Shown here: piece after piece, positions 14,750 through 30,303 of the stretch | How positions within the stretch are numbered: position 1 is the stretch's first letter | Layout of the letters: each line of letters opens with the position of its first letter | Assembly: GCF_009914755.1 (NCBI RefSeq) | Contig: NC_060927.1 | Length of the DNA stretch: 64,000 nucleotides | DNA from: the human T2T-CHM13v2.0 reference genome, Homo sapiens | Reading direction: 5' to 3' (one strand) | Position numbers and translations under genes: made by a program | The notes under the pieces: model-generated | What the model was told of the DNA's origin: nothing | What the model saw: only the letters and a program-made list of their open reading frames with translations | The model's database searches: none

Positions 14750-15260
14750 AAATTTATTGAAAGTCTATGTGCTGGGCTCTGGGTATAAGGTAGTGAACAA
14801 AATAGTTTAGGTTTCTGTCTCCGTGGAGATTTTACAGTCCAGTGGGGCAGACAGAAGCCTGAATGTCTGTCAATTCTGTTTCTTTCTCTCATTGGTGATC
14901 ACTTTAGTAGTATATGTGAACAAGGAGCTAAGATAGCAAATGAAGGGGACTGAGCTGTCAGGAAAGGACTCTCCAAGGAGGTGGCATTTATGCAGAGAAT
15001 GCATTTATGCTTTTTGAAGGGTTGGGAGGTGGGGAAATGACAACAGATAGAAAGTCCCCTGAGGAGGGAGAGAATTTGGTTTATATGAGGGATTGAAATT
15101 TGGCCAATGATGCTGGGGTATAGTAGGCGGGGAGGAATGTGGCAGCAGATGGGGGTGAAGAGGTGAGCAGAAGCCAAATTAAACGAGTTCAGATTTTACC
15201 ACAAGCAGGTGGGGTTATTGGCAAAATCAACTTGTGAAAATATTACTGGCTTCTTGGTGC
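14750..15260 (-). mobile_element. L2 fragment
   Basis: tttattga...ctatgtgctggg...cagtccagtggggcagac...tcaggaaaggactctccaaggaggtggcattt. Confidence 0.7.
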
Positions 15261-15304
15261 AGAGTCAATGGTTCAGATGCAAACAGAAATTTCACTATTA
15301 TCTC

Positions 15305-15982
15305 TGTGGTTTTTAAGGGGGTTGGTACCACCTCTCAGGGATGTCTCAGAAATTTTCATGATGTTTTGATTGACAAAATAATTGGTGCCAGTCCCTGTTG
15401 GCACTGAGTGGGTGGGTCCAGGGATGCTAAACATCCTGCAAGGAATGACATGATGCTCCTTAGTGAGGCATCTTCCTGCATCCCATCTGACTTTTGAATA
15501 TTCCCATGGGATATTGGTGGAGGTGAAAAAATCTGTTTATAATGAACTACGTGGAGATCTTAACTCTTGTCTTACATTTCAAATCAAAGTCTTTTTGGCA
15601 CATTTCTAAGGAAATCAAGGAAACTTTACAAGTATTGCTTAATATGTCAGTAAATCGGTTTACTGATCCTCAGGCTTAGGAGTCACCACTACAGCATACA
15701 TCCACACCCCACAGTGGATTTTGTAGCTGTCACCTTCACAGTGACTCTTCATATGGGAGCAAGCAAAGCACTCCTCTATTAGATCTTTGAGTATGTACAT
15801 TTTGAAGTTTTTTATTATTAATTTACTTCCTTTTGTTTCTCTCTTATGTCATTGTGTTGACTTTAACATTGTCAGGTGGGCAGGCAGTTAAATCATCTAA
15901 GAACTCCACTTTAAGACAGTAAAAGACATTACAAATCTTAACTCTAAAGGATGTTTGGGTCTGATAGTATTGAGAACTCCTG
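15305..15982. mobile_element. MER20B-like hAT-Charlie DNA transposon
   Basis: ggcactgagtgggtgggtccagggatgctaaacatcctgcaa...gtgaaaaaatctgtttataat...gggtctgatagtattgagaactcctg. Confidence 0.6.
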
Positions 15983-16222
15983 CTCTATCTCCTGTAGGGC
16001 ACACTCTTGTTAGTCCAGCTTTGTAGAAGAGAATCTGAGGCTCAGAGAGGTTGAGGAACTTGCTTAAGGTCACCCAGCCAATGTAGAGTGGAGTCCAGGA
16101 CTTAATGTTCAAAACTGAGCCTCTCAGCACTTGGCAATGCTGCCTCTTGGTGACCTGTGCACTGGAGACCTAGCTGGGGAAATCCTCTCTGTGGAGTTCC
16201 CCTTGTGATAAGAAGTGCTTAC

Positions 16223-16334
16223 CCGCCCAAGCTCCTTGTCCTCCAACGCCAGGACGCCTGTGCTCTCTGTGAACAGCTTCACCTTCACAGCTGGCAGTGC
16301 ATGGGTTGTGGAGAAGTCACCCTGGGTGCCCCAG
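16223..16334 (-). CDS. CADPS: CADPS (CAPS1) coding exon, 112 nt, C2 domain (probably exon 7)
   Basis: Minus-strand acceptor ctctttgattctgtctgcAG (AG at 16336-16335) and donor CGG|GTAAGC. Reads C+[37 protein letters not shown] and joins the 8908 exon in frame (...KELGR|VILHP...). Confidence 0.97.
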
Positions 16335-17079
16335 CTGCAGACAGAATCAAAGAGGTCATTGTAGACATATCTGCCTTGATGAGTCTAAACTATTCCATTG
16401 TTCCCAGGTCAGGTGAATGCAGGGTTAACCCAAGGCAGCATTAGCTGTCACATCCTCTTCTCCTCCCCTTCAAAGCTGCCAGAGTAACAAACGTGTTAAT
16501 TAACTTGTTAGGCAAATGAAAGACAGATGCTCAGAAAGTTGCCATGGTCTTCACAGAGCACTATAAGGAATGACTTGAAATTAGCATAAACTCATGTTGG
16601 TGAGAACTTGTTCCCATGCATTTGCTGTATCTACAAACGATTCCAGGGAAATCACTAATATTTCATTGCATCCTTTGACTTCCTCATTCATGGAAACTGC
16701 AGTTGTACATCTTGGGATGGGGCTTCATTTGGTTCAAGCCAACACCTGACTTTCAAATGAGACTTCAACAATAGTGGTGGGGAGGTGGGGAGCCCCATTT
16801 TCACTGGCATTCAAAGATGAGTTGAATAAGGAGATTATGGAGCTCCACCCTGTTAAGGTCAAAGAGAGATTGGAAGGGAGAAGGATGAGGATGTGGGAAA
16901 TGCCATTCCCTGCTCATAGTTTGTGGATATCGGAGTCTCAGTTTTCCACACACGGGAGCCTGGCTTACCCAAAATCTGGGTAGAGCACCAGGTGCGGCTC
17001 ACATGAGCCCTTGATGTGCCCTTCAAATGCAGCCTCTTCATTCACTCATTATTATTCTTACAGAGAATTCATCTCTATC

Positions 17080-18046
<967 letters not shown>

Positions 18047-18146
18047 CTCATTATGATTTTTAATGATTCTATAATATTACACTTTCTATATGTACCATAA
18101 TTTATTTAGCCATTGTTCTATTATTGAAATAGAATTGAACATTAAT

Positions 18147-18257
18147 TTTGTTTTGTTTTGTTTTTTGAGGTGGGGGTCTGACTCTGTTGTCCAAGCTGGT
18201 CTCAAACTCCCGGGCTCAAGCAATCCTTCCACCTCAGTCTCCTGAGTAGCTAGGAGT
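18147..18257 (-). mobile_element. FLAM (Alu monomer) within an old antisense L1ME fragment (about 18065-18640)
   Basis: Single monomer ctggtctcaaactcccgggctcaagcaatcc; flanks contain tgtaccataatttatttagccat and agtgggcttgaacatttt. Confidence 0.75.
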
Positions 18258-19273
18258 TAGATATTAATTTTTGATTTCATCTCTGATTGTTTCCTTGGGA
18301 TAGAGACCTAGCTGGGAGATCACTTCTTCCATCAACAAAAATTTAGAGATCTTACACTGTTGCAGGAGCTGTGTTCCTCAATGCACACTTTCAAGGCTTG
18401 AGATGCCTATTCCCAAAATGCTTTCCACAAAGGCAGTGACTATCCTGCCACCATTTGGGAACGAGAGTTCAAATCACAGGGCTTCCTTCTTGCCTGTTCT
18501 GAGTATCACTATTCACTTTTTCTTCTGGCCTATTTTATCATTGTTGTTTTCATGGATATTTTCTTGACTACTAGTGGGCTTGAACATTTTACCCTGTTTG
18601 TTGGCTGCTTGCATTCTTCTTTTGTAAATTATGGAAACCTGCATCCTAGTCTCAGTGTTGCCTTCAATCAAATAAATCCTATTAACTCAAAGACACAGGG
18701 AATCTAGTGAGAGTTGACAAAAGAAGACCAGAAAAATTGAGATGAGGGGAAACCAGATCCATGGGGATCTCAGTGCATGAAACCACTGAGAAAGCACAAC
18801 AGTCATAGTAGAGACAGAGAGGACATGGAGGAGGCCATGAGATAGGACAAAAAGTGACAGGTTTCAAACACATTAGCAAAACGTTTGAGGTACAGATAGA
18901 AGCTCCTAAGTGGTTGTCAGCAACTGCAGCAAGACCCCGAGATAGGGAAATCTTTGTCTTAGCAATGGCAAGGGTTTTGAACCAGATATCTTTAGTTCAA
19001 ATTCTGGCTTAGTCACTTGCAAACTATGAAATTTGGGGCAAGGAATTAATGTCCCTGTCAATTTCCTCAGCTATAAAATAAGCTAATTTCACAGACTAGT
19101 TGTAAAGAACAAGCAGCTGCAAGTTTGGAACAGGTTGAGAACCCAACAAATTTTGGCTACTTTCCCTTCCCAAGGTAAGGAGATGTATTCTAGTAATAGT
19201 GATTATTGCTTATCTATTTATATTTATTTATTTAATGATTAGATGACATGTAATAATTGTACATATTTATAGC

Positions 19274-19671
19274 TATGATGGTTAATACTGAGTGTCAACT
19301 TGATTGGATTGAAGGATACAAAGTACTAATCCTGGGTGTGTTTGTGTGGGTGTTGCCAAAAGAGATTAACATTTGAGTCAGTGGGCTGGAAAAGGCAGAT
19401 CCACCCTTAATCTGGTGGACACAATCTAAGCAGCTTCCAGCGAATATAAAGCAGGCAGAAAAACGTGAAGAGGAGAGACTGGCTTAGCCTTCCAGCAGCC
19501 TATATCTTTCTCCCATGCTGGATGCTTCTTGCCCTCAAACATTGGACTCCAAGTTCTTTAGTTTTGGGACTCAGACTGGCTCTTCTTGCTCCTCAGCTTG
19601 CAGACAGCCTATTGTGGGACCTTGTGATGGTGTAAGTTAATACTTAATTAACTCCCGTTTTTATATATATG

Positions 19672-19726
<55 letters not shown>

Positions 19727-19762
19727 CCTATTAGTTTTGTCCCTCTGGAGAACCCTAATACA
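19274..19762 (+). mobile_element. MLT2A1 solo LTR (HERV-L)
   Basis: tgatggttaatactgagtgtcaacttgattggattgaaggatacaaagta...cctattagttttgtccctctggagaaccctaataca, with an internal (TA)/(CA)n tract typical of MLT2A. Confidence 0.88.
19674..19723. repeat. (CA)n microsatellite, about 25 units
   Basis: Direct reading. Confidence 0.95.
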
Positions 19763-19780
19763 ATGGGGTACAGAGAGCTA

Positions 19781-20218
<438 letters not shown>

Positions 20219-20650
20219 TAATTATTGTTAACTATATTCACCCTGTAGTACTAGAGAACACTAGAAATCAGTCCCCTTATCTTGCTGTACTTTTGTATCC
20301 TTTGTGGCTTCTACCCAACACATATTTATCAAGCACTTACTAAGTAACTGACCCTGTGTAAAGGAAGCAAGATTGACACTGCCCTTTCTACTACACAGAT
20401 GAATGGTAAAATAGCTATTATCATTGCCATTTCACAGATGAGAAAACTGAAGAGACACTCAAAGATCTTGCCTATTTTATTCCAGGGAATTATGACCAAG
20501 CTGGACCAGAACCCAAAATCTCATTTTAAAGCTGTTGCTGTTATTATTGTAAAAATTATCAGTAATAAGCATTATTAGTGATTAGCAACACTGGAAAAAA
20601 TGTGACCATTAATTTACTTATGATTAATTGTACTATTAATCTCTTTGCAT

Positions 20651-20956
20651 GGCTGGGTGTGGTGCCTCACTCCTGTAATCCTAGTGCTTTTGGAGGCCAG
20701 GAATTTGAGAGTAGCCTGGGCAACATAGAAAGACCCAGGCTTTTTATTTTTTCTACAAAAAACAAAGTAAAATAATTAGCTGCATATGGTGGTGCATGCC
20801 TGAAGTCCTAGCTACTTGGGAGGCCAAGGCCTAAAGATCACTTTGAGCCCAGGACTTTGAGGTTACTGTGAGCTATGATCACGCCACTGTACTCCAGCTT
20901 GGGTGACAGAGCGAGACCTTGTCTCTAAAAGAAAATAAATAAAAATAAAATAAAAG
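20651..20956 (+). mobile_element. AluJ (Jo-like), internal deletion in left arm
   Basis: gcctgggcaacatag...tgagcccaggactttgaggttactgtgagctatgatc. Confidence 0.88.
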
Positions 20957-21493
20957 ATACCTCTTTGGGCATTCATTATACTTGGTCATGGGGAAGAGAA
21001 AGATTTCTGCTGGAAACCAAAAGAGTTCTGAAATGAGAAGCTTTAACACTAAGCCACAAAGAGAACTTGAGCCCAGTGTCCTGGAGATACCCCACTGTAT
21101 GTTTCCATGCTACTGTCCTCAGTGTGGATGGATTTCTTGGCATGTTCAGTGGGTACCAACCCAGGATGCCTGAACCCCTGCTGCTACCCAAAGATGCTCA
21201 GCTCATAAGGCGTGTAACAAGAGTCTGACTGTGGGGCAGTCAGTGCTTCCGAGAACCCATCAGCTGGACGGAATTCAGGCCGCTGGAGGCTGCCCTGACA
21301 ACCCCCATCCTATTGGACACAGAGTTTCTTTTCCCTTCCACCAGGCCTGCAGCTGTGCTTCCCACCATGACCCTTGGCTCACCTCAAGCTGTCAGGTCAC
21401 TAATGAATCCCAGTTTAACTATTTAACTATCAGATTTCAAAATGGTAACCTGGTCCAGTGAAGCAGGCCAAAAGAGAAGTTCTCTCATCTAAT

Positions 21494-21826
21494 CAGGACT
21501 GGCTGTGCAATTTTCAGGGCCCAGTGCAAATAAAAAATGCAGATCTCCTTGTTAAAAAAACAGCAAACTCCAAAACTCCAAAACAAAACACCCACAAAAA
21601 GTGCCATTCAAGGTACTAAAATATAAAGCATTTTCATTTTCTTGAGTATTTCCTCTCCTCAAATCCACAGTCCATCGTTCCATGGGATGTCACAAACACA
21701 AGCTCGAAGATAAAATTATTAAGAATTTCGAGATGGCAACAAAAGAGCATTAAATCAAATGGGGGCCCCTTCTGAATGTAGAAGATGTGCAGCTATACAG
21801 GTCACATGCCCCTCAAGCTGGCTCTG
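21494..21826. mobile_element. MER45B-like hAT-Tip100 MITE
   Basis: Ends caggactggct...aagctggctctg; internal gggcccagtgcaaa, aaagtgccattcaaggtactaaaatataaagc, aaaattattaagaatttcgagatggc. Confidence 0.7.
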
Positions 21827-23062
21827 ATCCAATGTCACCCCAGTCTGGTTAGCCTGGACTGAGAAGTGGATGTTGGCTGACACTGGCTGTTGACATGAAA
21901 CTTTTGGTCTTAGCCACAGTCATTGGATTCTGTGGGAATTCTGGCCTTTTTTTGTCAATGCTTTCTACTCTTAGTAGAATCAAGAAGGTTTAAATATTTG
22001 CACCCTTCCTTATCTTCCTTTCCTCTGTAGGAAAAAATGTCATGAAAAATATTCATTCTTTGTCCTTTTGTAGCCACGGAGAGATCTGGCTATATTTGTA
22101 ATAGAAATAGCTAATAGTTATTCAGATTACTATGTGCTAGGCACAAATTCCTATCTCAAAAGTGGGACACAGCCATACATGCATTTGATCATTTGAAAGC
22201 CTCTTGGACATCCTGTGAAATGCCTACAATTATCACCTCCAGAGTTATAAATGAGTCACAGAGAGGCTGGGTAATATGTTCAGGGTCACACACAAGGAGT
22301 AAATGGCAGTTAGTGACCTCAGAATTCAAACTCCTAATCAGGCCACCATGTTGCCTCCCTTGCTCATTCCATCATTCACTGCTTTATGTCTTGATTAAAT
22401 CAACATGAGTTACCTCTGTAACTGAAAAGGGAAGTTCTGTTTCAAGACTGGTGGGACGTTGGGCCACTCTGGCTTTTTACTTTGAATTTATTTCACGTGT
22501 TCAATATACTTCACAGAGCACTATATCCCAGACAGACAAATTAGCCAGTGGAGGAAGCATCAAAAACCTTGGCCTTTTGGTGGGGCCACACACCCAAAAA
22601 TGAATCTATTTTGTTCTCTGCTCATTTCTTTGCCCTTGCTGTGCAACTGATTGTGGCTATTAAGATGAATACCTCTTTAAAGTGTCCCAGAACTGAAATA
22701 CAATTGCATTTTGATTTGAAAAGACCAGAGGTGGATAATATTTATTGCAAGCAGAAGTTGGAAAGGTTAACTGACTAACTTCTCTCTGAAGATGAAGTAG
22801 ATAATGTAAAATGGGTTAGGTGTCCCTATTCTGTGATCCCATCCTTTCCTCCACTGTACTCACACTGTATGACTAGCTTACATAAACGTTAAAAATAGCC
22901 ACCAATTATTGAGTACTTATGATTTGCCAGGCCCTGGGCTTAGTGCTTCTAATGAATTATCTCAATTAATATTTCTGACAAATCACAGAATTGGGCTTCA
23001 AACTCAGAGTTTCTGACCTCAAAGCCCATGCATTAAATGAGAGTGCTTTACTGTGGTTTCTT

Positions 23063-23635
23063 TTATTATATATATATTTTATATATATTATATATATATT
23101 ACATATATATTATATATATTATATATAATATAAATTATATAATTATATAAATTATACAAATTATATAAATATATTATATATTTATTATATTATATATAAT
23201 ATATAATATAATAAATATAATATATAATATATATAATATAATATATATTATATATACAATATTATATCATATTATAATATATATATTATATAATATATAA
23301 TATATATAGTATATATAATATATATATTATATAATATATAATATATATAGTATATATAATATATATATTATATATATTGTATATATAATATATATATTAT
23401 ATATAATATATATAATATATATTATATATAATAAATAATATATTATATATTATATATAATATATTATATATATAATATATATAATATATAATAATATATA
23501 ATATATATATATTATATATACCATATTATATATAATATACAATATATTATATATATAATATACAATATATTATATATATAATATACAATATATTATATAT
23601 ATAATATATATAATGTACGATATATAATGATATAC
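23063..23635. repeat. About 570-bp TA-rich low-complexity / VNTR tract
   Basis: Almost exclusively A/T, with internal 41-bp and 23-bp tandem units. Confidence 0.95.
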
Positions 23636-24500
23636 ATGGCACCCAACACAGGGCCTGGAACACAGTAAATATTTGCTTAGTAACTAGGAAAGCAACAAAT
23701 TCAGAATAACCATGTCACTAAATTCAGGGGATTGTAGAGAGGTGAGACACATGAAATAACCAAAGGTGTGACTGCCCCTTTCAACTGAGGGCTTTTATCT
23801 CTTTGAGGAGTTGATTTCTTTCTTTTTTTTTTTTTTGAGCAGACAAACTCTCTGAAGTGCACACAGCAGCTGGCAGCATGCAGAGGATACTCAGCATGCA
23901 ACAGCTCTCTTGGGAGCAAGGCGTCAATCCATGAAGGCTGAGGAATGGCTCTCCAAGGGCTGGCAGCAATGTGGCTGCCAACGGTATAGTGATGGAAAGT
24001 GCCACCAAGCTATATAATAAGCTGCTATTATTACTTTTGGTCTTTTCAGCCACAAGCACATAAGCAGAGACTGTAGAAATGCCATCACCCATAGAGGCAC
24101 CTCCAAAGATGAAGGAATGTGTATTGGGACATGTGTGTCTATTCCAAACCAAATACTTCCTGTAAGAGGGTGGCAAATAAATAGATGAACAGTGTAACTG
24201 ACTAATCTAAAAGCGCCATATTGGCATCAGATGAGGCTCTAACTTTCACTGCTTAGGGATTCTATCTCCAAATAGTGCTCCATTTAGGAAACACTTCCTG
24301 AATGTCTACTGTGTGCAAATCACTATGATAGGCACTGCTATGGATCCAAAGGTGAGTGAGATGTAAGTTTTGCCCCCATGGATATTACATTATTTTGGGG
24401 GAGATGCCCCGTGCAGAAATAACACTTATAACGTGTGAGAGTGTCTCAGCTTTCACATCTATAAATTGGGGATAAGAATATTTAGTTTTATTATAAATAT

Positions 24501-24629
24501 AGCCAGATGGGAATAGTGGTCTGCACCTGTAGTCCCAGCTACTCAGGAGGTTGAGGTGGGTGGATTGCTTGAGCTCAGGAGTATGAGGCCAGCCTGGGCA
24601 ACATAGTGATACCCAGTCTCTTAAAAAAA
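24501..24629 (+). mobile_element. FLAM monomer inserted in a MIR
   Basis: cacctgtagtcccagctactcaggagg...gcctgggcaacatagtga...tcttaaaaaaa. Confidence 0.8.
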
Positions 24630-24765
24630 TAGAACTGACCCAGAGGATGGAGTCCTTGACGGAAGGATATGTAGGACATAAGCTATTGGATATGTGGTGT
24701 TTACCTCAATACGTGGCACATAGAAAGCACTAAAAAATGTAAGTCTTCATTTTAGGATTATAGAC

Positions 24766-25082
24766 CAGGGGTTGTTAAACTATGGCCATGGGTATGGGTC
24801 TGCTTATGTATGGCTCATAAGCTAATAAGGGCTTTGTATTTTCAAATGGCTGAAAATAATCAAAGGAATATTTGCAACACATGAATATTATATGAAATTC
24901 AAATTTTGATGCCCATCAATAATGTTTTATTAGAACATAGTTAGCTTACTCATTTTTGTTTTGTCTATGGCTTCTTTTGTGCAGCAATGGCAGAATTGAG
25001 TAGTTATGACAGAGAATATAGGGCCAACAAACCGAAAATTTTTACTTTCTGGTCCTTTATAGAAAAAGTTTGCCGATCTCTG
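24766..25082. mobile_element. MER58B (hAT-Charlie)
   Basis: caggggttgttaaactatggcc...tatatgaaattcaaattt...tttactttctggtcctttatagaaaaagtttgccgatctctg. Confidence 0.8.
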
Positions 25083-27299
25083 TTACAAACAGTTAAATTG
25101 CTGACTTGGCCTAATGGAAATACTTTTATTTTCATTAGCAGATTAGCAGAATGCTCATCTGGGCATACCCACAAAGACGAACTATAAACATGCACTCACA
25201 AAGACAGCTGACCCCATGGGGATCCAATTTGCTGCTCTAAATTCTTCATGGAGCTCTTTCTAGCACTCTTAGTTTATTAGAAAATTGGGGCTTGTGTATC
25301 ATAGCATTTCAGACACGTGGTGCCCAAATGCTGCTTCCTGATCCACTTGAGCTGGCTGACTCATTTAGTCACACTACATCATTATTAATATCAAATAATA
25401 AACATGAGTAGCAGATGATTCATATTTAGGGGGATGGGGATGACTTTTAAAGTCACAGCACATTATTTCTCCAAACCTGTTCCACAGTACCACCACTTTG
25501 AAAGTGAACACTTTGATCTGGGGGAGAAAATGAGGGAGAAGAATATGCTTTTGGGAGAGTGGAGCTCAGAAAAATCTATGGGTAAAACAACCTTGTTCTC
25601 TGTGTTTGGGGAGCATCTGCTTGATCACAGTCGCATCTCTGTTTACTATTTAAAGCCTCTTATTTGCGGAAGCCTCCTCAGACCATATGTTATCAACAAA
25701 TGTTGCTAATCAAATACACACAGTAATTTTCATTAGAATTTTTCCCCCCATGAACAAAAAACAACATTTGCCACATAGGGAATATACCTCCCAAAATGAC
25801 AGTAAACATCCACTGCAAACCTTTGACAACAGAGTGATATTTACGAATGCATATGTGAGTAAGCCAAGAACACATCTACGTTAGGCAAATAAGGACCCTT
25901 GGAGAATTGGATTTTGTGCAGGTTGGTGCTGGGGTCGGGGGTGGGGGGATGTCATTAGTTGCCATGGTGATGCTCAGCATAAGGCCATAATTCATGTCTC
26001 GGAGACTGGATTTGCATTTATTCAAGGTATACGGCTCATGTGAACTGGGTGTTAAATTGGTGCGGTTCATAAAATTAACTGTGGGCTTTAACAAGAGAGA
26101 AGTGTCATTTCAAGGAATGAAAGTGCCGTGGTCCTGTTGCTAAGAAGGAAAGTTAATAATTGCCTGGAGACAGCTGCATTAAAATCTTGTGGCCTGCCTT
26201 TGAGGTGGACTGCATGATATTCCACTCCAAGGGAATCAATTGTGCCATCGCAGTGTGTCTCATGCAAACTAATTGATAGGCTGGGCTTTGGGTTCTTTAG
26301 TGTACTAGAAAAGCTAAGCTACCTCTCATCTACATAAGTGAGGCGTTTGCTTTGTAGAAATTGGGCTGTCTGGGAGGCAGAGATGAAGGCTTTGGTTTGC
26401 CTCCTTGACATTTCCACTGGAACGTCTCCTCTCCAGGAGTCTGAGATCAAATGTGTCCAAACCTCAGCTTGATCTCTTCTCCCTCACATCTGTTCCTCTA
26501 AGGCTTCCCCGGCTTAGTTAAAGGAACTGCCAGCCACCCAGACATCATTCTTATTTGCCTCTCTTTGCCACATGTCCATCTTGTCACCGGATCTTTCAAA
26601 TCCCCTACGTACATCACAAATCTGATTTTTGCTATGGAGAAAAAGAAAGCAGAAAATGGCATTTGGAAGTACCAGGAAGCAGGCGGGGGCAATATTTAAA
26701 TAGGGTGGAACATGAAAACTTCACCACGAAGCAATTGTCACCTGTACGATGCACTCCTTTATCTGTTTTGTTGGCTGCTTTGTCTCTGGCCAGAATGTAA
26801 ACTCACAGGACAGGGTTCTATGCCCCTGGCTTCTAGCACAGTGCAAAGCACATGAGCACACTCAATAGGCATTTGCTGAAAAAATGATTTCATGAAACTC
26901 TGAGTTCCTCCACACACACAAATGTGTGGAGATGAAATTCAAGTTGAAAATGAAATTTAACAATGCTTGATTATCCATGGACATTATTTGGTATGGTTCA
27001 AGAGGAAGTGAGGAAAATTCCATGCTATAAACTTCATAAGGACAGAGACCAAGTCCATCTTACTTATTGTTATATTCCAGTTGTTTAGCTCAGTGCTCAG
27101 TACAGAGGAAACTTTCAATAAATGCCTATCGAATCAAGGCTGGAGGGAATAATGTATACCACACTTTATGCACATATAGAAGACCTGCATCTCAGTGCTT
27201 ATTTTCTCACTAACTGTGTAACCTTGGCCAAGTCATTGGCAGAGTCTGTTTGCATACCTGTATAATGGGCTGATTTTTTTTCTGTCCTAAAACCAAGAG

Positions 27300-28112
<813 letters not shown>

Positions 28113-29877
28113 GGCTGAGCCTGTATTATTTTGAAATCCTATTCAGCTGTGAAAGCTTAGATTGCATTATTCATTGAAGGTTGACTCATAAGAAAATACA
28201 GAGTTGGGCAACAGTAAAGTCTACATTTTCCAAGGTTGGAGCTAAGCAACAGGATGGCATAGTGAGGAACTGTCAAAGGCTAAATTAGAGAGATCACCTG
28301 ATTTGAATGTCAGTGTTGCCTTCTCTGAAATGGAGCTCATGGGGCATCCCAAGGATCTCCCCCTTTGTTGTAAAAGGAGGTGAGATTTTTGTCCTTCGAA
28401 ATGTTGGCTCTGTCTTCCCAGTCTAAGGCTCTTCTGCCCCATCTCCATCACCCAGCTGCCTTCTTCTAGACATCTGTTTATTCTTAGTTCCTGAGTATCT
28501 TTAGAGAAAATGAACTGCTCACCGCATGGCAGACATAAAAAGGAGCTCCTATGAAGTTATAGGGAAAGCATTCATTTATTCCCTCCTCTCAGCAATTCTG
28601 CTAACCAACTCCTATTTAATTTCCAACACTGGGTGTTTCCCTATAATTACTTTTGTAACCTGAGCTGTTTGTTATGGTTGCAACTGTGGTTCCCATAAAT
28701 AACTGGGAGACTCTGGCTAATTGTGTCTTTGGAACTTGAATCTGCCTTAAGACACCTTACAGGCTCCAGAAGACTCAAAAGTTTACAAAACCTACACTAC
28801 AGCCAGCTAGGCAAAAGCCACTGACAGGCTTGGGCCAGGGGAATTGTAAAATGCATTGCACACCCCTTTGCATTCCAACCAGCTTCTCTGAAAACAGGAG
28901 CCAAATGAGGGGAAAAACAAACAAAAAAAAAAACTGGGAGAGACAGAACAACAGCCTCTGAGCTGAAGAAGTCCTGAAGACAACTTTGGCTATGCCCCTC
29001 ATTTATAAATGAAGAAGCTGGTGCAGTGGGGAGGAATTTTGGAGTAAGACTCTTCTATATCTATCATCTAACAGCTTTATGATCTCAGACACATTTATTA
29101 GCCTCTCAGGTTTCAGTCTTCATGTCTGTAAAGTGGTCACATGAATAGCATCTACCTTATAGGGTTTCTAATCTGCCTTGCTCCCAATTAAGTGGGAGAA
29201 TGTAAGTTCTTAATACAAAGCAGTCAGCGTTATCTGGGCAGCACAGGATTAAGAGTGCAGGCTCTGGAATCTGGCAGCCTAGCTTCTACATCCAGCTGTG
29301 CCACTTTCTACCTGAGTGATGCTGAACAGCTGACTCTCCTGCAGACTCTATTTTCTTACTTGTAAAATGGAGATGTCTATAGTGCTTTTCTCCTAGCTTT
29401 CTTTTGTGAGATGAGGAAATACGTCCTAGCCTGATTCTCAATAAATCCTAAAAGTGTGGTGATAATTATTCAGTGACATCTCAAAGATGCACAAGTAATC
29501 CAAGTGCCAGTACTGGAATCAAACATCATGAAATGAGCTGACCTTGCAAATGTTTTCCAAACCATCTGAGCGATGGCTTTTGTGTTTTCTCAGTCTGAGA
29601 AACATAAAATCGGGGCTTGAATTTGGGTCTGATTTTTTTTTGGCAGCTATGGCAAAAGGACTTGTTCTCATTTTTCTGACTTCCTTCTCTGAGTGCCTGG
29701 AACACTTCCTCTCACTCCCAATCCTCTTATCTTCCTTCACTGGCCCTTCCTGACCCCAGGGGATAGATGAGATTATTGTTCAATGGGATTCACACTCTCC
29801 TGCCCTCTCTAAGAGAGGAGTCTTCCTCCTGCCCACTTGATGTTGGATTTGTTCATGCGATTACTCCTTTTGGCCTC

Positions 29878-30303
29878 TGCTATGGTTTGAATATTGTCCC
29901 TTCAAAAACACATTGTAAAATGTAATCTCCAATATGACAGTATTGAGGAGTGGGGCTTTTAAGAGGTGATTGGGTCATGAGGACTCTGCCCACATCAATA
30001 GATTAATCTATTTATGGATTAATGGGTTAACAGATTAATGGGTTATCAAAGAACTGAGACTTGTGGCTTTATAAAAAGAGGAAAAGAGACCTGACCTAGC
30101 ATGCTCAGCCCTTTTGCCATGGGATGACTTGTGCCACCTTAGGACTCTGCAGAGAGTCCCCACCAGCAAAAGTCCCTCACCAGATTCAGCCCCTTGACCT
30201 TGGACTTCTCAGCCTCCATGACTGTAAGAAATAAATTCCTTTTCTTTATAAATTATCCAGTTTCAGGTATTCTGTAATAAACACCAGAAAATAGACCAAG
30301 ACA
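29878..30303 (+). mobile_element. MST-family MaLR solo LTR (MSTC-like)
   Basis: TG...CA ends; 5-bp TSD GCCTC/GTCTC; tgctatggtttgaat...ggattaatgggtta...aataaattccttttctttataaatta. Confidence 0.82.

Noticed and set aside
16157-16444. + strand 95-aa ORF overlapping the CADPS exon
   Set aside because: Antisense shadow of the real minus-strand exon.
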